Shown here piece by piece: positions 57,824 through 64,000 of a stretch of 64,000 nt of DNA. A program made the translations under genes and the position numbers. How positions within the stretch are numbered: position 1 is the first letter of the stretch; each line of letters starts with the position of its first letter. The DNA is from a candidate division WOR-3 bacterium (GTDB lineage Bacteria > Hydrothermota > Tepidihabitantia > Tepidihabitantales > Tepidihabitantaceae): the NCBI GenBank assembly GCA_039801085.1, contig JBDRTY010000001.1:310852-374851 (forward strand). Direction: 5' to 3'. The notes beneath the pieces were generated by a model that was given only the letters and a program-made list of their open reading frames with translations, did no database searches and had not been told where the DNA came from.

Positions 57824-57864
57824 AATCTGTCAAGCTGTTGACAGATTCAAATGCTGCTTATAAT
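57824..57864 (+). promoter_or_regulatory. Sigma70-like promoter (TTGACA-N15-TATAAT), with a perfect 10-bp inverted repeat AATCTGTCAA-gctg-TTGACAGATT over the -35. Candidate operator.
   Basis: IR arms at 57824..57833 and 57838..57847. -35 at 57838..57843, -10 at 57859..57864. Confidence 0.5.
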
Positions 57865-57884
57865 TACTGTGAGCCGATGAGTTT

Positions 57885-57909
57885 CTACTCTACTCTACTC
57901 TACTCTACT
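57885..57909 (+). repeat. (CTACT)5 pentanucleotide microsatellite in the 5' leader
   Basis: ctactctactctactctactctact lies ~20 nt downstream of the -10. The paralogous locus has 10 copies. Confidence 0.8.
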
Positions 57910-58056
57910 CTACTCCTTATTACTCCAATATCTTAACCCCTCGGGTGAGGTGCGGGCAGGCAGGCGGTGCTGCTGGCGGCAGTCTGCTGCCAGCGGTTGG
58001 AAGTCAGCAGGCAACCTGATAGATTTAAATCATTAAAAGCGGAAAGGAGGTTGAGG

Positions 58057-59658
58057 ATGAAAAAGGCAAGTTTGTTCAGGTTGCTGATTTTAAGCACCGC
58101 AGTGCTCGCGGGGGCGATGTTAGCACAGGAGTGGGAAAGGCTGGAAGATGTGCCGGTTCCGGTTCAGCGCTGGGCATGTCTGACATATTCCTACAGCGAG
58201 TATGGTTCAAGGTCCTATGACACGGTCTGGGGTGTCTTTCCGGCACCTGCCTACGGCAAAACCTGGTTCCTTTATTACGACTGTGTTGACGGCCACTGGC
58301 ATTATCCCGCTGATTCGGTGATCAACCGGGATATGAAACAGACCGCTTTGACCTTTCAATGGCTGGAAGAGGGAGTTGTTTATCTTGTGGGGCAGACATT
58401 GGACGGAGACAACCTCTTCTGGTATCCGTTGAATGAAGGGCGCTGGCATTCAGAGCCGATAACTGCCTTTGCTCTTGGTCCCCGTCCCGGGCTGGCATAT
58501 AAAGCAAATCCCGGCTACAACCAGCAGCTTGAGCCGATACCGGGCTGGCTTTACTGTCTTGCCGGTGGTGGTCAGCAGTTCTGGCGCTACTGGCTGCCGA
58601 GCAGTTATCCGCCGGTGACGGTGGATGGCATCTACCCGGCTCAGGGTGCCCTGATTGCAGATCAGACACCGGTGTTCATCTGGCAGGAGGAAGGGGCAGC
58701 GATTGAATACCGGCTGGTGGTGGCGACCGATCCACAGTTTAGTAACACGGTGATCAATGTCATCACCACGGTGCCGCAGTATTAGGTGGAGACCAGACTG
58801 GCAAATGGCGACTATTACTGGCAGACCGCATCCCGGAGTGCAGGCAGTGGCTGGAAGACCGGACCGGTGCACAGCTTCCGGCTTCAGGGTGGCTGGGAGC
58901 GGCTGGCAGATATCCCGACGCGGGTTGGTGATGGCGGGGCGCTTGCCTACTGCGGGAAGTTCTTCGGCACATCTTCAGACATCTTCATTGCCTTTGTCGG
59001 GGGCGGCGACACCGTCTGCTACGCCTATGTGGACGAGTATAATCGCTGGGTGCGGCTGTATAGTGAAGAGTATGTGCCTCCGCAGAACATCGGCGCAGCT
59101 CTGAGTGCGCATCGGGGGCTTTATATGGACCGAGGGACTCCTTATGCTATTTGGGGGATTGGTGATAACTATTTTCGATTTTATGAGTGGGGGAGATGGA
59201 CTCAAGGAGCTCCAGCGCTCCCAGAAGATATCGGGCCGGGTGCATCTTTAGCTGTGGGGCGGTACCATTTACAACCTTATGGCGCTTATCTTTACTTCAT
59301 TCCCGGGTCCGATCCAAGAAATGGAACACCAAGAGTCTCCTTCTGGCGAAAGCTGGTCTTTGCTTATGACGGGCAGACAAAGGTACAGAAGTCGGGTGGA
59401 ATGGGTGATGAGGGGTTGTATAGCAATCAGATGATTCTGGCTGGTGGTAAAGGGGTGATAGCTTATGTGCTGGACCGACCGGCGAATGTGCGGATAGCGG
59501 TTTTTGATGCTGCGGGCAGAAGGGTTGCTCTGCCATATGCTGGCAGGCAGGATGGAGGTCACCATCTGGTCCGCTGGCATTTCAAGGGTGCCGGAGCGTA
59601 TTTTGTCCTTGTTGACATTGACGATGAAAGGCATAAATTCAAGGTGGTTGTGCGGTAG
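58057..59658 (+). pseudogene. T9SS-secreted surface protein (paralog of 61698..63545) with an in-frame TAG at 58783..58785 inside a conserved Fn3-like segment
   Basis: GAAAGGAGG RBS. Signal peptide MKKASLFRLLILSTAVLAG is identical to the paralog. ORFs 57967..58785 and 58786..59658 share frame 1. CTD ...GAYFVLVDIDDERHKFKVVVR. Confidence 0.55.
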
Positions 59659-59716
59659 AACAAAGGTAAAGGCGGCGGGGCGGAATTGCCCCGCCGCACA
59701 AAGGGGCAGAGGGTTG

Positions 59717-61060
59717 ATGGCTTATTTCCTTTTAATTTTCCTTTGTCCTGCGACTGTCTTCGGACAGGTGGTGGAGCTGGACACAGTATTGACTTTCCCT
59801 CAGCGGATTCTGAATGGTTTTTATGTCTCCGAGTTGAATAAATTATACATTTCCAGCCGTAACAAGATTTATGTGGTTGACTGTTCAACCTGTCAGATGG
59901 GTGAGATTCCGATCAGCTGGGGAGGTGATAATCATTTTGCTTATAATCAGCAGGGCAGGAAATTGTATGTGAAGGACCAGGGATACAGTGACAGTGTGGC
60001 GGTGATTGATGTGCTGGGCGATACGGTTATTAAATGGATTTCAATCAGCGGTATTCAGGCAAGGAACTTGGCTTATGCCAGGAATACTAACCGGCTGTAT
60101 TTCGGTGGTGTGCGGCTTTGTGTAGTGAACTGTGATAATGACAGCATTATCAGGGAGATTGCTCCTCCTCTTTCCGGTTACTATTTCGCGGCGGCGGACT
60201 GGGATGCTGAGCAAATGAAGCTTTATGTGTCATTAGCGAGATGGGGGTATCCGCCGATGATGGCGGTCTATGATACGAGTGAGTCGCTGGTGGCGCTGTT
60301 GCGGGTTCCGATTGTTGAGCCGTTTGCCCTGCAGTTTCATCATCAGCTGGGCAAGGCATATTTTGCCGGCTATGCCATGGATTGTGCGGGTGTGATTGAC
60401 ACGAAAAACGACACCTTTGTTCGCTGGTTTCCGATTCTGGTTGTGTATTCCGGCCTGGTTCCCTATGCGCTGGATACGATTGACGACAAGTTCTACTGTG
60501 CAGCTGCGCGTCAGCATTGGCCCGACACGCTGTATGTGATTGACTGTGTGACCGACTCCATCGTCAAAAAGCTCCTGGAGGCGGGCTGGGGACCTTTGTC
60601 GGTGCGCTGGGCGGCCTGGAGCAACCGGCTGTATTTCACCGGTGGTCCGCGTGGTGAGACGCTGAAGGTCCTGGACTGCCGGACCGATTCGGTGATTGAC
60701 CGGGTGTATCTGGAGGAGTATAGCCTCTTCGGGCCGCCGGACATTGAGCTGGACCCGGTCCGGCACCGCATCTTTGCGATTGGCTGTGACAGCGCGCTGT
60801 ATGTTCTGCGCGAGCTGGAGCAGGGGGTTGAGGAGGAGCGGAGCAACAATCCGGGGCGGTCAGCGCCCACAGTGGTGCGGGGTGTGCTGTATCTGCCGGA
60901 GCGGGCAGGAGCGGCAGGTAAGCCGGTGCTGGTGGACATCACCGGCAGGCGGGTGCGGGAGCTTGTGCCCGGTGCCAATGATGTGCGGGGTCTGGTACCA
61001 GGGGTGTATTTTGTCCGCAGCAATGCCGGCGTGGAACGCAAAGTAGTGATTGCACGGTAG
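59717..61060 (+). CDS. YVTN-family beta-propeller repeat protein with a T9SS C-terminal domain
   Basis: Signal peptide MAYFLLIFLCPATVFGQ. Repeated KLYVS/NRLYF(T)G units. CTD ...GVYFVRSNAGVERKVVIAR. Confidence 0.55.
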   Translation: MAYFLLIFLCPATVFGQVVELDTVLTFPQRILNGFYVSELNKLYISSRNKIYVVDCSTCQMGEIPISWGGDNHFAYNQQGRKLYVKDQGYSDSVAVIDVLGDTVIKWISISGIQARNLAYARNTNRLYFGGVRLCVVNCDNDSIIREIAPPLSGYYFAAADWDAEQMKLYVSLARWGYPPMMAVYDTSESLVALLRVPIVEPFALQFHHQLGKAYFAGYAMDCAGVIDTKNDTFVRWFPILVVYSGLVPYALDTIDDKFYCAAARQHWPDTLYVIDCVTDSIVKKLLEAGWGPLSVRWAAWSNRLYFTGGPRGETLKVLDCRTDSVIDRVYLEEYSLFGPPDIELDPVRHRIFAIGCDSALYVLRELEQGVEEERSNNPGRSAPTVVRGVLYLPERAGAAGKPVLVDITGRRVRELVPGANDVRGLVPGVYFVRSNAGVERKVVIAR

Positions 61061-61423
61061 GAAAGGGATTTCTCCACTGCGCTCGAAATGACATAAACAG
61101 GTTACTGCGGTCGGATAGACCTCTGCGGGTCGTTCCATGGCTTTGCTTTCTTGTCATTCCGAGTGAAGCGAAGCGGAATTGAGGAATCCCTTTTTTCTTC
61201 TTCCGTCATTCCGCGCCTGTCGAGGAATCTCCTTCAAGAGATTTCTCGACTCCGCCCTTCGGGCTCTGCTCGAAATGACCGAAAGAGAAGTCATTCCGCG
61301 CCTGTCGAGGAATCTCTTTTAAGCGATTTCTCCACTCCGCCTCGCTCTGCTCGGCTCCGGTCGAAATGACCGTTTTATTATTGTGTCATTCCGCGCGAGG
61401 CGTCAGCCGAGTCGAGGAATCGG
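61061..61423. repeat. Second, shorter copy of the tandem palindromic-repeat array (4-5 units), homologous to 57525..57803
   Basis: Unit starts at 61153, 61205, 61290, 61385. Also shares the unique ~60-nt segment caaacaggttactgcggtcggatagacctctgcgggtcgttccatg. Confidence 0.7.
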
Positions 61424-61443
61424 TAAATCAGTGCAAATTGCAA

Positions 61444-61485
61444 AATCTGTCAAGCTGTTGACAGAATTCAAATTCTGCTTATAAT
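61444..61485 (+). promoter_or_regulatory. Paralogous promoter/operator: AATCTGTCAA-gctg-TTGACAGAAT, then TTGACA-N16-TATAAT
   Basis: -35 at 61458..61463, -10 at 61480..61485. One-base insertion in the right IR arm and spacer relative to copy 1. Confidence 0.5.
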
Positions 61486-61505
61486 TACTGTGAGCCGATG
61501 AGTTT

Positions 61506-61555
61506 CTACTCTACTCTACTCTACTCTACTCTACTCTACTCTACTCTACTCTACT
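61506..61555 (+). repeat. (CTACT)10 pentanucleotide microsatellite in the 5' leader
   Basis: Ten perfect tandem CTACT copies. The flanks are identical to the (CTACT)5 locus. Confidence 0.8.
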
Positions 61556-61697
61556 CCTTATTACTCCAATATCTTAACCCCTCGGGTGAGGTGCGGGCAG
61601 GCAGGCGGTGCTGCTGGTGGCAATCTGCTGCCAGTGGTTGGAAGTCAGCAGGCAACCTGATAGATTTAAATCATTAAAAGCGGAAAGGAGGTTGAGG

Positions 61698-63545
61698 ATG
61701 AAAAAGGCAAGTTTGTTCAGGTTGCTGATTTTAAGCACCGCAGTGCTCGCGGGTATTGCGTTTGGAAGATGGGAGCCGCTTGATCCGGTTGGCGATGGTG
61801 AAGTGGTTGGTCCTGGCGGCTGTGCGGCACGGGGTAGGGGCTACACCTTCGTTGCAATAGGGGATGGGAGGAGGAAGGTATATGCATTTGATCATGAGGG
61901 TGAAATGTGGGATGAAATAGAAGTACCGATGCCCGAGGCAATTGATTATGCCGGCGCGATGGCATATGAACTTGGATATGGACGTCATTTGTATGTTGTG
62001 ACTGATGAAAGCGGAGGAAAACTTCAGGTGTATCGTTTTTATGAAAATGAAGACTTGGAAGGCGAGTGGTTGCCACCGATTCCATTACCGGAATCAATCG
62101 GTCCTGGTGTGGCACTGGCCTTTGTTCCCTGTGTGAGGGCAGACACAACCCATATTGGTGACCTTTACCTTCTGGTGGGAAAATGCACCCGACATTTTTA
62201 CCGGCGTTCATTTGACTGGATCGCCGAGCTTGATGCCCTCGGTCCGGGCAATGATGCGGAAATAACGGTGCAGGATATCTGTCTTGACTGGCTCCCTGAT
62301 CCCTGGTGGGATTCATACCGGTTACAGGTGTCATCCAATGCAGATTTTACCAGCCTGGTGCTGGATACGGTGATATCGGTTGGTGAATTCAAACCAGCAG
62401 GTGCGGTATTCCCCTCTGCAACCGGCACTTATTACTGGCGGGTCCGGGGTATTAAAGACGGGCATCACTCGGACTGGTCCGAAGCTCAAAGTTTCACTTT
62501 AGCCCAGCAGAATACCTCTCTCAATTACGAGATTATTCCTGCCGATGGGTTGCTGATAAGCGGTGATGAGCTGGTATTTGACTGGCAGCCTCAGAGTGAT
62601 GCGGAATCCTACCGGCTGCAGGTGGCGCTATCCCCGGATTTTTCCGAGCCGGTGATTGATGTTATTACCGATGTGAGTGAATGGGTGGCAGAGCAACCGC
62701 TTGAGACTGGCACATACTACTGGCGGGTGTGCTGCCGGAGAGCAAATGGCTGGGACAGCTGGACTCAACCGATTGAGTTTCAGGTTGAATACGGCTGGCA
62801 GCGACTGCCGGACATTCCATCTGACACCCCGGTTGGAGCCGGTGGTGCGATGTGCTATGTTAAGGCCAGGGATGGTGATACTATGGCACTCTATGTGCTG
62901 GTGGGGAATGGCAGCAGTCAGTTCTGGCGGTTCAATCTCAGTGAGGGTGGAGTCTGGCAGGAGCGGGCTGAAACCCCTTATCCGCAGACCGGCGGCGCAG
63001 CAATTACATCATATCAGAGGTGGCAGCAATCAAGCGACCTGTGGGCGATTTTTGGCGATTTGGTGGAATTCAGGCGTACTTTCAAAATAAATCATAACGG
63101 TTGGGCGAGAATTGATCATCCTCTTCCCCGGGTTTGCGAATACGGTTCATCGATTGTTCGCAACGAGCCTGATTACCATCTTGTTTTAGTCGTTGCCGGT
63201 GAATATCCTGAGGACAGCACCAACTTTTATGCCTGGGTGCCGGATACGGCTAAGGACGGAGAGGAGGGTGCGCAGGCGCGGTCGGCGGGCTTTGGTCCAG
63301 CCGATGTCCGGTTTGGGCGCACCGGCTCTGATCTGTGGCTGAATTACACGCTCTCGGAGCCGGCAGCAGTGGATATCGGTCTGTTTAACCCTGCGGGTCA
63401 GAAGGTGGCAAGTTTATATTCAGGGTGGCAAAGCGCCGGTTGTCATCAGCACCGATACAGACCCGGTTCGCTGATAAAGGGGGTTTGCTTTATCAGGGTT
63501 GACATTGCGGGCAGAAGCACTACTATCAAGCTAACCGCATGGTAG
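61698..63545 (+). CDS. T9SS-secreted surface protein with two Fn3-like modules (intact paralog of 58057..59658)
   Basis: GAAAGGAGG RBS and the same signal peptide. Repeated YRLQVS..DF......TGTYYWRV modules. CTD ...GVCFIRVDIAGRSTTIKLTAW. A GC hairpin follows at 63560..63584. Confidence 0.6.
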   Translation: MKKASLFRLLILSTAVLAGIAFGRWEPLDPVGDGEVVGPGGCAARGRGYTFVAIGDGRRKVYAFDHEGEMWDEIEVPMPEAIDYAGAMAYELGYGRHLYVVTDESGGKLQVYRFYENEDLEGEWLPPIPLPESIGPGVALAFVPCVRADTTHIGDLYLLVGKCTRHFYRRSFDWIAELDALGPGNDAEITVQDICLDWLPDPWWDSYRLQVSSNADFTSLVLDTVISVGEFKPAGAVFPSATGTYYWRVRGIKDGHHSDWSEAQSFTLAQQNTSLNYEIIPADGLLISGDELVFDWQPQSDAESYRLQVALSPDFSEPVIDVITDVSEWVAEQPLETGTYYWRVCCRRANGWDSWTQPIEFQVEYGWQRLPDIPSDTPVGAGGAMCYVKARDGDTMALYVLVGNGSSQFWRFNLSEGGVWQERAETPYPQTGGAAITSYQRWQQSSDLWAIFGDLVEFRRTFKINHNGWARIDHPLPRVCEYGSSIVRNEPDYHLVLVVAGEYPEDSTNFYAWVPDTAKDGEEGAQARSAGFGPADVRFGRTGSDLWLNYTLSEPAAVDIGLFNPAGQKVASLYSGWQSAGCHQHRYRPGSLIKGVCFIRVDIAGRSTTIKLTAW

Positions 63546-63604
63546 CGGAGATAAAACCGGGAGGGGCGGATCCGTCCCCTCCCGACATTCAGGAAGACTG
63601 GGCA

Positions 63605-64000
63605 ATGAGGATTGTATTGTTGCTCTCTTTATTAACCGCTTCAGCAGATGCCGGTCTGGTGCTGGATACGATTCTGCCGGTTCCGGACCCGGTAGAATTT
63701 ATGTATCTGGTTCCGGCCTTCAACAAGCTGTATGCAGGTGGGCGGAGTGCCCGTATCTATGTGTTTAACTGTGAAGATGAGGAGCTTACTGGTATTATTT
63801 CGCCTTCGGGATTTGGCGAGGTTTATCCCTATCCGGCATGGGCAGCGCAACACAACAAGTTATACTTTCCAGTCTCTCACAACCCCATTTCTGATGAGAG
63901 CTGTGCCTTGGCCGTAGTGGATGTTACTACCGACTCCCTTCTAAAGGTGATTGAATTAAATACACGTTATTGGGGTAGCTCTTACTTTCCGATTGCCTGG
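63605..64000 (+). CDS. Secreted beta-propeller-like protein, YVTN-type (5' part; continues past the window end)
   Basis: AGGAAG RBS-like 8 nt upstream. Signal peptide MRIVLLLSLLTASADA. Open frame to the window end with KLYAGG / KLYFPV repeat signatures. No in-frame stop, so it is absent from the ORF track. Confidence 0.45.
   Translation, partial: MRIVLLLSLLTASADAGLVLDTILPVPDPVEFMYLVPAFNKLYAGGRSARIYVFNCEDEELTGIISPSGFGEVYPYPAWAAQHNKLYFPVSHNPISDESCALAVVDVTTDSLLKVIELNTRYWGSSYFPIAW

Noticed and set aside
57967-58056. N-terminal 30-codon extension (MLLAAVCCQRLEVSRQPDRFKSLKAERRLR) of both surface-protein ORFs as listed in the ORF track
   Set aside because: - A strong GAAAGGAGG RBS sits 6 nt before the internal ATG (58057 / 61698). 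The resulting N-terminus is a canonical signal peptide.
- The extension overlaps the conserved structured leader and is more likely untranslated.
60511-61077. 188-aa minus-strand ORF within the YVTN propeller gene
   Set aside because: - Ser/Arg/Thr/Pro-rich antisense translation. The plus-strand frame has a signal peptide, propeller repeats and a T9SS CTD.

Overview
This 64-kb window is high-GC bacterial chromosome (roughly 60% GC by eye), with two conspicuously AT-rich inserts at about 4.5-6.7 kb and 17.6-20.6 kb. No 16S gene is present, so taxonomy is open. Gene content suggests an uncultured Bacteroidota/FCB-like lineage with a type IX secretion system: at least ten predicted secreted proteins end in a T9SS/Por-type C-terminal sorting domain.

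Recognisable housekeeping loci:
- ribD-ribE, acyP, rarA.
- The conserved thrS-infC-rpmI-rplT operon.
- guaB, a malic enzyme, an OFA-family MFS transporter, acs, nfo.
- queD; folE2 followed by a glutamine amidotransferase.
- Seven tRNAs: Gln, Pro, Arg-CCT, Asn, and a Lys-Arg-His cluster.
- A MarR - MMPL/RND exporter - LolA-like - beta-barrel OMP operon with a palindromic operator over its promoter.

Items that deserve a second look:
1. A roughly 3-kb AT-rich island carries an AIPR-family abortive-infection gene broken by a single-base frameshift in an A8 tract. An uncharacterised downstream gene is apparently co-transcribed with it; it encodes an N-terminal TM helix and a C-terminal Cys/His motif reminiscent of phage Mu-F/SPP1-gp7 proteins. 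This is a candidate two-gene defence module.
2. A segmentally duplicated cassette precedes two paralogous T9SS surface-protein genes. Each copy has a tandem array of roughly 40-80-nt imperfect palindromic repeat units ending in a near-consensus sigma70 promoter. A perfect 10-bp inverted-repeat operator covers the -35 element. A (CTACT)n pentanucleotide tract of 5 versus 10 copies sits in a long, conserved, structured 5' leader. This looks like a phase-variable or regulated contingency locus that has not been described.
3. Two T9SS-cargo genes have an in-frame TAG between otherwise continuous reading frames.
4. An S8 subtilase has a roughly 400-aa BNR/sialidase-like insertion between the catalytic Asp and His.
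5. A 956-aa protein has about 12 tandem copies of a 22-aa G(N/D)D-x-Y ... QG-x-G repeat plus HEAT repeats.

All calls rest on reading the six-frame translations and the DNA by eye. No database search was run.
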